Shown here: piece after piece, positions 13,401-24,714 of the stretch
Layout of the letters: the number at the start of each line of letters is the position of its first letter
Numbering within the stretch: the first letter of the stretch is position 1
Origin: Bilabrum cf. latius
Taxonomy: Eukaryota
Direction of reading: 5' to 3'
Length of the DNA: 64,000 nucleotides
Assembly: GCA_965178125.1 (NCBI GenBank)
Contig: OZ237740.1
Span: forward strand, 124,001-188,000
Notes under the pieces: model-generated
What the model saw: the letters and a program-made list of their open reading frames with translations, nothing else
Databases searched by the model: none
What the model was told of the DNA's origin: nothing
Translations under genes and position numbers: made by a program

Positions 13401-16400
13401 GCTTAAGCTGGAGAGAGGCGACACGATTGGAATGAGCTACATTCCGAGGGACACGGAATCTCCGCCGGGTCGGATCGGGTCGGGCTCACCGCCTCGCGTG
13501 GTGGCAAGTGCGTCGAGCGGCGAGGCAGGGCAGGACACCAGCGGGGGTATTTAGCACGGTGAGTCGGCCAAGTCTCTCGCCAACAGCACGAGCAAGTACT
13601 TCTACAAGTCGCGACAGAACCCCCCCTTCAAGCCGTTCGACGTCGAAGTGCCGGGGCCTGTCCCCATTGTGGCCCGATGGAGGCGGGGCGTGCTCGCTCT
13701 GTTCTCTGCCGGGGAGGTGTCCCGCGCCGGGGTAGAGGAGTCAAACGGGCGCTGGTGGGTAGGGTCCACCTGGGAGGAGGAACAGGCGGAGAAGAAGCGG
13801 AGAGAAGATCAGGAGAAGGCCGACAAGGAGCGCGCCGAACAGGAGCAGGAGCAGGAGCAGGTGGCGAGCGCCGCCGGTGCAGGTTCGGGTGCGCTTAAGG
13901 GAAACTCGCAGGGTGGTCCAGGAGGGGGTGTTATATTGGCAGCGCGCAGCGGTAAATCGACGAGGCAATCGGCGGGCCAAGCAGCCGGCGTGCAATCGGC
14001 TGCGCGCGCTGTGGCAGTCTCGCGAGACCATGGCAGCGGAGGTAGCGGATATGCCGACCGGCATGACTCCATGGACCGAGTGGTCGGGTCTTCCAGAGAA
14101 CAAAGTGGTGAACTGTTGGGCCCGGTACCCCACGCGGCCACCCGAGTCGCTACCCCGAAGCACCGGCACCACGGGGCCCTGGACGCACCCGGGACGGAAG
14201 GTGCGACGCACGGCATGGGCGTGGGTGTCGAGGGCCGGGCGCCAGCTCACGCGACCTCTGACGGAACCGAAGCGCAGTCGGTGGAAAATTCATCGAACGG
14301 CCAGGGCAGTGTGGGCCAGCTTCGAGAATTCCTTCCCGTAGTGGACCACACGCCGTCCAAGCCGCACACCGAGGAGCCTGCCGGCATCGACAACGACGAG
14401 CCACCCATTTGGCCAGTGGACGATCTTGCCGAGTACCTCGAGGACTACAACGCGGTGGTGAGCATGCTGCATCGCGCCGACTGTAACAGCTTCGCCTACC
14501 GCAGGCTGCAGCTGCTGGAAGCGAGGTATGGTCTGCACAGGCAGCTGAACAGGAGGAGGGAGGAGCTCGAGGCGCAGGCCACGCCGCATCGCGACATGTA
14601 CAACACGCGCCGAGTGGACACGCACGTTCACCACAGCGCGTGCATGACGCAGAAACACCTGCTGCGGTTCATTAAGTCGAAGCTCAGGCGCTGCCCCGAC
14701 GACATTGTTCATAAGGACAAGGCCAAGGGAGAGTAGACGCTGGCTCAGGTGTTTGACAGCCTGCGCATGACAGCCTATGACCTTAACATCAACACCATGA
14801 ACATGCACGCGGGGGAGAGGTGAGTTTGGACTGTTTTTATCAGCATGATTGTGTTTGTGAAGTCGCTGGGCCGCGCCTGCAGCTGCATGGATGTCGATGC
14901 CTCCGCATGGTGCGTTCTCGCCGCCACGGTGCACCACCCGTCTCGTTTCCCATGCCCAACCTCTTCCATGCAGCACGATGCGTCGCTTTGACAGATTCAA
15001 CGCCAAGTACAATCCCCTGGGTCAGAGCGTGCTGCGGACGGTGTTCCTCAAGACGCACAACCACATCAGCGGCAGGTATCTAGCAGAGGTGACCAAAGAG
15101 GTCATGGGAGACCTGAGGGAGAACAAGTACTCGCTGGTTGAGTGGAGGCTCAGCGTATATGGCAGGGACAGGCACGAGTGGAATCGGCTGGCTCGCTGGG
15201 TAACCAAGAACAAGCTGGCCAGCCCCGAGATCCGGTGGATGATCCAGGTCCCTCGGCTCTACTCGATTTACCACAAGGCGGGGATGGTGCGCTGCTTCCA
15301 GGACATGATGACGAACCTCTTCGAGCCCTTGTTCCGGGTCACCATTGACCCGAGCTGGGACCCGGAGCTCCACAAGTTTCTGAACCTGGTGACTGGGTTC
15401 GATTCAGTGGACGACGAGAGCAAGCACGAGGGCGGCAGGGACGCGGAAGTACCGCTGCCAGAGGACTGGGACTCGCCGCACGACCCTCCGTACTACTACT
15501 AGATGCACTTCCTCGCGGCCAATCTAAAGTCGCTGAACCTGCTGCGGAGAGCGAGGGGGCTGAGGGAGTTCTCGTTCCGGCCACACTGCGGCGAGGCCGG
15601 TGACATCGACCACCTGGCTGCTTGCCTGCTCACAGCAGAGAGCATCAACCACGGGATCAATCTTCGGCACCTTCCCGCCATGGAGTACGTCTACTACCTG
15701 GCCCAGATTGGACTCAGCGTGTCGCCTCTGTCCAACCACAGGCTGTTTGTGGACTATAGGTCCTCGCCGTTCCTCGGTTTTCTGCGGCGGGGTCACAATG
15801 TGACTCTTAGCTCTGATGACCCGCTGATCCTGCACTTCACGCGGGACTCCCTCCTGGAGGAGTACGTTATCGCCGCGCAAGTGTGGAAACTGAGTCCACC
15901 CGAAGTAGCGGAGATTATGCGCAACTCTCTAAGGATCTCTGGGTACGAGGAGCCTTACAAGCGGCACTGGCAGGGGCCGGCCCACGTGGCCCCCGGCCCA
16001 CGCGGAAACGACATCTTCCGAACGAACGTTCCTTAGGTTCGCTTGCAGTTCCGGTATGAGCTGTTGCAGGCAGAGCGTCAGGTTGTCGCGAAGGGAGCCT
16101 CCCTTGCCATCGGCTGCAGCGAGGACGAGCTCGAGCCCGTGGTGGACGAGGAGGACCACGACCCGTGGCTGGAGGACTTCCAGGACTGCTGTGTGACGAG
16201 TGACCATGTGACGAGTGAGAGCCAGCTAGATCCCCTTGTGCGCGCCTACGAGGACGAGGCTCACAGGCTGGAGCGGAGAACAGCGGCAGGGGCAGGGGCC
16301 CAGCCCGGGTCTGCTCCATCAAGCCTGGACCTGCCCCGGCACCTGAGGCACACCTACGGGGACGAGGGCGGGGTGGTGGTGGAATTGAGCCATGCGGGAC

Positions 16401-16906
16401 GGGACGACCCGGCGTTTTGGGGCTGGCTGCGGCGCCGCGACGTGTTCCGCAAGAGGAGGCGGCAGGAGAGGCTCCTCGAGGCCAAGCTGCGGCGGGAGGT
16501 GACCCCATCGAGCGGGGGCTCGGCCCGGGGAATGCTCCTGGGAGACCCCAGGCTGGGGGGCGTGGGGAACACATCCGACGTAAGCGAGTTCGGGGCCGCA
16601 CAGATGGGTAAGGCGGTTGCAACCGGCTCGCAACCGGGCGCCGCTGCGGGGGGCGACGCAGCGTCTGCCGCTGCCGTTGCAGCCGCGATGAAACTGGATT
16701 CCGAGTCCGGGACGGGCGGGCTGGGCCTGAGCGCATCGGATCTGGGGCCCATTCCCGGGGCCGGGGGGGCGGTTCCTCCTGACGTCACAGAGGAGGATGA
16801 TCCGATCCTGCGGAGGGTGTCCGGAGGAACGCCCCAACAGGCCCGCCGGTCTGCCCAGATCGGCAGCATCCAGCTGAGGCAGGGCCCGCAGGTGCGCGAG
16901 ACGTAA
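10416..16906 (+). CDS. AMPD: AMP deaminase with very long low-complexity N-terminal extension
   Basis: Motifs RVDTHVHHSACM, RFDRFNAKYNP, GFDSVDDESK, FRPHCGEAG, LSSDDPL, GNDIFRTNVP. Introns 10648-10813 and 14820-14973. In-frame TAG at 10584, 11527, 11533, 11647, 13552, 14734, 15500, 16034. Ends TAA 16904-16906. First exon is inferred. Confidence 0.93.
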
Positions 16907-17226
16907 TGAGAATTGGTGTACCAATTGGCCCTTGTGGGACGTGGTGCGGCGAGAGCGCGGACAGGACAGGAGAGGATGGTCTCAGGCGACCCTTCGCCTT
17001 TGAGGCCGGGCGGGGCCAGGTTTTGTCGCGCGCAGCCTCTACTGGTCTGCGGCCGTTGCTCCGCTGCTCGATGAAGTTTGAACGATTTGCAGATGAAAAC
17101 GGATACTGAAAAGGCAGTGATTTTGTGCGGCGGAAAGGAACGCCAGGCGAACCTTCGCGATTCAATAGAACCTTCGTTACAGCGAACTTCGCGAAGGCCG
17201 ACCATTTTCGGCAAGAATCGATTGGG

Positions 17227-18689
17227 ATGTCGTCAACGAAGGACAAGCTCATGAAGGAACTCGCAGCGGAGGATAAGGTAGTATTTAAGAAGGAAAAGCT
17301 GGGTAGCCGATCAAGGGCTGGTGACATCCTGGGTGGTGCCATGGATTACTCTGAAGAGCGTGCAGCACAGGTAAGCCCTTGGGCCTATCTTGCGTGCGCT
17401 TGATTTGCCAGGTTACTCCATCCGCGAATTAAACTGCGTCGCTCCTATCCATTGATTCCGCCGCGTTGCAGCCGGAGGACGAGATGTACGACGAATCGAA
17501 CGTCGCAACCAGGGAGGAGATCCAAGCTGATATTGCTAGAGGCCTTGGGATCTCCACTGGAGACTCCGATGCAAAGAAAGCGTTGAGTGGTGCCGAAGGT
17601 GTTGCAAAGTACATCAAGTCGCACGGGGGTCACGAGCCTGGGAGCGACTACATGGCAACTGGAGGGGCGGAGGACTGGTCGCAGCCCATGTCGGTGGAGG
17701 AACGGGAGGTTCGGGCCGCGGCACGCGCCGCCCGAAAAACGGTGATCACGCTCCCGACGTACAAGAAGGCCGTCCGCGGGTTGCTGCGTGACCTCATGGC
17801 CTCGGAGGACCTCGAGGATTTCTGCGTGTCTGTCGAGCAGCTGCACGCGCCCATCTTCGCGTGGGAGCTGGTGAAGCGGGCGGTGATCATGGCGACCGGG
17901 GGACGCTAGTCCTTCCGGGAAACCGTGAGCAGCCTGCTCGCCTACGGTGTCGGTCGCATCTTCTCGCGGAAGGCCGTGGAGCAAGGGTTCGAGCGGGCAC
18001 TGGAGCAGATCGAGGACATCAAGCTTGACGTGCCCGATGCCGAACACGTGCTAGGAACGTTCCTTGCCCGGGCCGTGGTGGACGAGGTCTTGCCCCCCGC
18101 GTTCCTCGTCAACCCCGTCCCCGTGGCACTCAGCGCCCCAGCGCTCGACCACGCCAGGAAGCTGCTCTCTGCCGAGGGTGCCGCTCTGGCGCTCGAGATG
18201 GCGTGGGGATCCGGAGCCGCCCGTGACGTGCCCAGTCTCAAGAAGCAGATCCGGCTGGCCATCGAGGAGCTGTTTGATTCCAGGGACGTCACGGAAGCCG
18301 AGAAGTGCCTCTCGGACCTCAAGACGCCTCACTTTCTGCACGAGGCGGTGAAGCGAGCGTTCGTTCTTTCCGCGGACAAGGGCGAAGAGGAAAGGGAAGC
18401 TGCCATGCAGTTGCTTTGTTCCCTGTCAAAGCACGGCGTGCTGAGCTACGGGCAGGCGAAGATGGGCTTCGAGCGGATCGCCGAGGCGCTCGATGACATC
18501 CGGCTGGATGCGCCTCATGCGCCCGTGCTCTTCCAGCGGTTCGTCAAGCGAGCAAGGGAGGACGACGTGATTGAGAAAGGAACTCCCGCTTTCGCCGGAG
18601 AGAAGCCGGAGGGCGATGGCAGTGGCGATGCAGCCGCTTCCACCGGTGCTGCCACCGGTGCTGCTGCATCTGGCGAAGGTAGCAGTTGA
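17227..18689 (+). CDS. MA3-domain protein (PDCD4-like translation regulator)
   Basis: Intron 17371-17471. Two MA3-like repeats: ELVKRAVIMA...DIKLDVPDA...FLARAVVDEVLPPAFL and FLHEAVKRA...DIRLDAPHA. TAG 17907 lies inside the first repeat. Ends TGA. Confidence 0.85.
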
Positions 18690-19021
18690 TTTTGCACAGC
18701 TTGGCCTAGTCTGTATAGGGATACACATTTGTACCTTTTGGATGCATGCCAAGTGCATGCGCTGGAAATTGCGATCAATAGTTTGCTGTGCTGTGCTGTG
18801 TGGTAGGCCGCAGCACCGTCGGAAGGACAGCGTTGGTTTTCGATGCTAGAGCCGTTCGCATTGCATCATCATCAATATTTGACTCAATCAAACGAAACCG
18901 AAACCCCAAAGTCCTAGTATTCACGATGCTGTGCAAGAAACGCAGCTGTGCGCGGCTGTTGCAGTTGCAGTCGGCAGCCTGGTGCAAAATCCCGTGCCTC
19001 TCGAACGGAACCTCCTTACAC

Positions 19022-22000
19022 TCACAGGATGGGCACTTCGTGCTCGGTATCTGAAGCACCTTGGATCTTCTTCACCCGAAGAGTAAGCACTCCATTCTCG
19101 AGTTTGGCTTCCACAGAACCCTCGTCGGCATCCTCCGGCAGCGCAATCGTGCGCTGCACCATGCCGTAGGACCGCTCGTGGTCGGCGCCGCGCCCAGGCA
19201 GCGGCGACGGGACCGATTTAAGTGCACGCAACTATTTCGGGGCTCTGGCCAAATCTGGAACCGCCCATTATCTCGGGTAATTTTGGTACAACGTGATAAT
19301 TAGTCCTATTAAATGATTCAATATGATAGTATCGTGTGATATTGGCTGTGGAAAATCCTGTTAGACATCGTGATGCGCACCAGTGATACCATGAAGGGTC
19401 AGTACTCCCTGTTGCTTGGGTGCGGCTACAGACGTACACAAAGAGGGTTTTTGATCAAAACGCCTAGAATCGCACCCAAATCCAAGTAGCCATCGACTGT
19501 GATATTATCTGGAAAACGTTTTTGGTTAGCGTCGTGCCAGGCCTTGCCAAAGGCAATATCGCACTGCCCTGTCCGGGACATACATCCCCTGATTACAGGG
19601 CTCATAGGAGTTACTGCGCAAAATTGAGCCCGCAAATGTGTATTTGGATTTCATTTACATCCATTGTACCGGTATGCGTTAAATTGATCTCGTGCCGAAC
19701 CGCCGGAACCGCACTGGCGCGGCTGGGCTTCGTTCGAGCCGAACCAAAACGCCCCCTTCGAGCGCATGTCAGCCCGTAGAACCCCGTGACGGCTGAAGAC
19801 GAAACCTCGAGACTACCCTCCCGGACCGCGTTGTCGCCGTTGCTATCTGCAATCCCTGCTCCTGTGCCTGCTCGGCTGCGTCCTGCGCTTCCTGGTCCCC
19901 CAGCTCGTCTTCCTGTTCCTTCAGGTCGTCTTCGCCATCGCTGCCGCAGCGTTCAACCCCTTTCTTGTGCATGCCTGACCGCAACCGTTTGCGTTTACTC
20001 CCTGCCGTGATGCTTGAGACCGCGCTTGGCTCGCCTGCTCCTCCCCCCCGCCCAGCGCTGCTTCTTCAATGTCTGCAGCCCGCCCTTTGCCCCCGCTTTT
20101 GGTCTTGCTCTTGCTCACGCCCTTCCACCCCCATGCCTTCTTGTCAGCGACGACAAATAGAAACGGCTCCAGGGACAGCTCCATCCAGCGTTCTCTACGA
20201 CAGCCTCCAGCAAGTCTCCTCCAGCCAAACCGGAACAACCGCGAGGCCAGGTCCAGGATCTGATGCTCTCCCGCTTCTCTCTGTACTCGATCAGCAAAAT
20301 AGCGTCTCGGGCAGCATTCTTAGGCTCTGGCACCCCACTAGCGAACCGTCTCTCTCGGTTGGCCAGGATCCACAGCACTGCATGCCAACGCTGCACCAAC
20401 GACCCCACCGAGCAGGGCCGCGCAACCCTGGATCGAGCGACCTTCGCCGCTGGTTGGGCGAGGCTCTCCGCCAGAAAGTGAGCATACCGTTGCCATTGCT
20501 CGGCGCAGACGCTGGGCCGCCAGTCGCCTCACCTCGCATTCTGCCTCGCCACGGGCGCAGCACGAGCACCTCAGGTCGCCCTGGATCCCCTGCCACCCGG
20601 CCCGGTGGTCCAGGTCCCGGAGCCGACCGCGCGGTGCCACAGCTCAACAGCTGCTTTCTAGTTCTCACTGCATTATTTAGATGCCTCATACTTTCCTTGG
20701 ATGTGTCGCATAGCTGCAGAACGAGCGATGAAGTAGCCCCGGTCGCACATGCAGAGGCTGCCGCAGATATGCCACCAAGCTATAGATGAACTCCTGCAAG
20801 CGCCAATGCCACATTTTTAGGTGTCCAGCTAGTGATACAGACTTACAGGACACGAAGGTATGCAGAGGTAGGCCTCTTGCCGCGCACGTCCGACAGTGCA
20901 GCGGCCGCCAGAGACACTGCGACTGCGTATGCGACTGCGCATCGAGCCTCCTCAAGGTAATTTTGCTGCTGCTAGACAATTGCCTCCTCCTTCAGCTTAT
21001 ACTAGCGTTGCTACGTCCGTGAATCCAGTTTTAGAGGCTGACAGTCCAAACCTAAGGACCTGTCCGGTTGGCCTACTCGATCTCTTGCCTTGATCGAGGT
21101 GGATTACATCTGCGAAACTCATTGGAACAGAGCCGTAGCACGTAATCTACAAATAATTTAAAGATAGCGCCATCAACGTCGCCAAATATGCATATTTATC
21201 GATCATATCGACCAAAACCTGTCCAGCATACCCCCACCTTTGAAGCCCGTTTGCAAAAATACGTCATCTTGAATTTTGCTCAAAATCCATCGAACGGAAG
21301 GAAACCATACGAAGTTACAGTACACGGACGGAGAAAGTGTGCAATTGGATCGTGGGCACGCCAAGACTCCATGAGGAGACCCTCATTCGGCTCCCACAAT
21401 CAGCACAGCGCCCATATACACTCAAGGAAGACACAAATTGCACGAAACGCTGTATATTCCAATTTAAATCATAGATTTCTACGCAAAACATAGAGAAACC
21501 AATGCGAAAGCTGCCCAGGTACTGATTTCGGCTCAGCCAGGAAGCTCGCTCGGGAGTGGTACACATACTACCCGATGCACCATCCATTTTTCAACATCCG
21601 ACAAAAATAACCCGACGAAATGATAGAATGTACAACTCGGTCTGACATAAAAATGGCGGTTTTTGAGATATTGCCTCAATCTCGAGAAAATCGCGATTGA
21701 GTGCCAGGCGAGCAGCGCCTCACTTTGTCGGACGGGCCAGTGGAGCTACTTGCCGGATCCATGACCTCGGATCCAGCGCACCAATCGAATAAAGTAATCA
21801 ATGCAATCCTATTGACATACTCTCGAAATAATTCATTCAGTGGGAGCAGAGGAAAGTGGCCGCAAAAAATCCGGAACCCTCTCCCGTCGCCGCTGCCTGG
21901 GCGCGGCGCCGACCATCGACGCGGTGAAACACCGGTTTCTGCACCGCCATAGCACCCTCCTTGGGGGCCCCTTTGACCGCGCTGTCCCCGGGCGCCCCGT

Positions 22001-22916
22001 TGCTTCCATTGGCCCCGGCCTCCGCATGCTCACCCTCGCCAGGCAAGTGCTCGCCCCCATCGTGCTCGGGGCTGCTCTCGCAGTGCTCCTCTCGCTGCAC
22101 CGTGATGGTCAGCGAACCGTCCCGAACCTTCACCTTGATCTCCTCCTTCCGTGCGCCGGGCACATCTGCCTTCACCACGTACTTGTCGCCCTCCTCGGCG
22201 ATGTCGAGCGCGATCCGTTGGGGGACCAGAGGCTGTGACGAAGCTGAGGATGAAGAAAGCAGAGAGAACGGGTCCCACCGGCGAGCACTCGTCACAGCCC
22301 ACGGGTCGCCGTCCTCTCCCGGGTCTTGGCCCCGGCCCACCGCAGGTGACGCGTCGTCCTGAAGCTCTGCGTGTCTACGTCCACCTCCGCCCCTGCCACC
22401 GCCTCTACGACGTTGGGGTCGGAAGAAGGAGTCGTCTTCCAGCAGCCAGCGCCCGGGACCGAACCCCGATCCGCGACGGAAGAAAGAAGACGGTCCCCTT
22501 GAGCCCATGGACCAGTCTCCGAAGGCGTGCTGCATGCGCCGGTCCATTTCCCTGTGTGCTTCTTCCATGAACCCTTCCATCTCGCGGAACATGGGCGCGG
22601 CCGGGTGCCACGCGTCGATCCCCCTCCCGGCCCGACGACGGCGCTGGCGGGGCTGAGGGAGTTCTGAGTCCAGATCTGCGCCGCTGATTGCTTCTTTGGA
22701 TCTGTTTGTAGTTTGATGTGCGCGTGTGGTGGGGTCTCGCTCACCAGCAGAGCTCCCTTCGCCGCTGGTTGGAGCAGCCGCTCGAGTTTCCTCGGTTTTC
22801 TGAGCGACGTTCGCGATGATTGGTGTACCCGAAAGGCCCATGGCACCGATTCGGCGTGTCATCTAGCGCCTCAGATGGTTTTGTATGCTTGGTAGTGCGC
22901 GTTGGATTGACTTCAT
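19022..22916 (-). pseudogene. HSP20: Small heat-shock protein (HSP20/alpha-crystallin) gene interrupted by a TIR element
   Basis: The 5' part has LDIAEEGDKYVVKADVPG...FHRV and the 3' part has ERSYGMVQRTIALPEDAD...AKLENGVLTL, ending TGA 19022. Removing 19179-21915 plus one TCG restores FHRVERSYG. Start 22916 (through TAG 22863) is inferred. Confidence 0.9.
19179..21915. mobile_element. 2737-bp TIR DNA transposon, apparently non-autonomous
   Basis: Perfect 34-bp terminal inverted repeats TGGTCGGCGCCGCGCCCAGGCAGCGGCGACGGGA at 19179-19212 and 21882-21915. Flanking 3-bp duplication TCG at 19176-19178 and 21916-21918. No intact transposase ORF recognised inside. Confidence 0.93.
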
Positions 22917-23522
22917 GCCCTTAATTACTATTTGGAAAGTGAGCGGTAGCTGTCTCTGCGACATTCCGTCTCGAATTGTGGCTCCGGACGTATTGATCCG
23001 ATCCTCTGGGCCACGCAATGGCGGAATAACGAGTGGTTTTACAGCTTTATGTAAAAAGTAGGTCAACATCTGACCATACCTCCTTGCATGGGCAACTCGC
23101 GTGTGGCTGGAAGCAGGTGTTCAACGTTCCGATGTGATATTGCAAGTGCATCGGAACTAAGGCTACACATCTTACCAGTCCTACGACTTCATACAACAGA
23201 GCACTTCCATACACCCCTCCAGTCGGTAGCCGAACTAACCGTGGTCCCGATGTCTGCACCGGTGGATGGGGGAAGTTGGTGAGGGCGCTTGGACCAGCAT
23301 CCAGACGACGAAAGTGAAATATGTGGACTAGACAGCCACCAGAAATAAAATACATGCGTATGTTCCAAACTTTGGTATCGATATCACTGCAGCTGCGTCG
23401 CTCACGCCGTGCTCCTCATCAGCGAGCTCGATGCAACCCGGAATGTTGCACCAACTGGATTTCCGGATTTAGTTTCGCACAGCAAACTAGGATCTCAGTC
23501 AAAGGGCCCAGAAATTAAAACT

Positions 23523-24413
23523 ATGGCATCAATTGATACCAAGGTGGCAGATTGGATTGGATTGGATCCCTCTACACTCGTCGAGCCGACACGTTGGAGT
23601 GGTTCAACCATAGGAGTGTCTGCGAAGAGCAACGCTGTCGCCATTCAATGCCGTCCAGGCTCTGACTATTGGCAGAAGACCCACTATGGATTTATTCACG
23701 ATAATGGGCACACCGCCGGCATCAAAGTAGCCACCATTTAGGAAGATCCATCGGGAGATTTAACGTTCGAGCTTTGCTTCCGAGGAAAGTATACCGAGCA
23801 GTTCGACCAGGGCGGCGTCATGCTCCGAAAGTCACCTACAGACTGGATTAAGGCGGGCCTTGAATTCGTCGACGGTAGCCTCCGAGCGTCTGCGGTCGTC
23901 ACTCGCGATGGGTTCAGTGACTGGTCCACGGCCACGCTGCCTGACGAGTGGCAGGAAGGCCTGAAGGAGGGCACGGACAGCTACGCAGTACGGCTTGCAT
24001 GGGAGCGAGCTAGAACCAGCGTGAGGGTCTGGGGCAGGCGCATCTCGGGTGGTTCAAAAGGAGACGAGGGGGCAGGTTCCGGTGCTGCCAAGTCTGGTGC
24101 CAGTGCCTGTGGCGCTCCAGATGACCGCAGTGCTGTGGAGCCAGGAGCCAGGGATTCGGAATCAGAGTGGTCTCTCCTGAGGATCGCTGGGTGCCCCACG
24201 TGGGGTTTTCCTGCCGTTGAGGGTGGCAAAACCGGCAGTGGAAGCGCGCCCGACTGGGAGATCGGGCCCATGTGTTGTGCACCCGCTTCCACCTCCGGCG
24301 AAGAGCAAGCAGCTACGAAAACTACACCAGGTGTGAGTGATACCACCCCTGGATTTGTGTGCGAGTTCAGTGAGATCCGGCACAGGGCAGCTGGGGTGGA
24401 GTCGGAGCATTGA
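23523..24413 (+). CDS. DUF1349 (Ree1-like, concanavalin-fold) protein
   Basis: SDYWQKTHYGFIHDNGH, then TAG 23739, then QFDQGGVM...WIKAGLEFVDG...SAVVT...SDWS and IGPMCCAP, all in one frame. Ends TGA. Confidence 0.85.
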
Positions 24414-24714
24414 GACGAGAAAGGAGAGTGTGTTGAAGGCAAACCTCAATCAACGTGGCATTACCCAACCTCAGCTCCGAATCACATCCAGTCTTCCGGA
24501 TCAAAACACATAGCCTACCAGGAATGGCGGCAAGGTCCATCGGATTTGCTACGATCCATAGGATGACCTCGGCCACCCTGATCGGCTGAATAGCCTGTTC
24601 TCGGGCACAGGGAGTGCTTCAGCGCAAACACGCACACTGCTTGAAGCTTGACCAAACCAAATCGCTGCAGTCGGCTCGTATGCTGAGCGCGCTTCCACTA
24701 GCAGTCAGTTGCGG

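Noticed and set aside
14734-16036. TAG = Leu, Tyr, Glu or pyrrolysine
   Set aside because: Single AMPD or CH-domain sites could suggest L, Y or E. However, the internal repeat pairs, the poly-Gln tract, the 12-bp repeat and the DUF1800 motif all point to Gln, and there is no pyrrolysine context.
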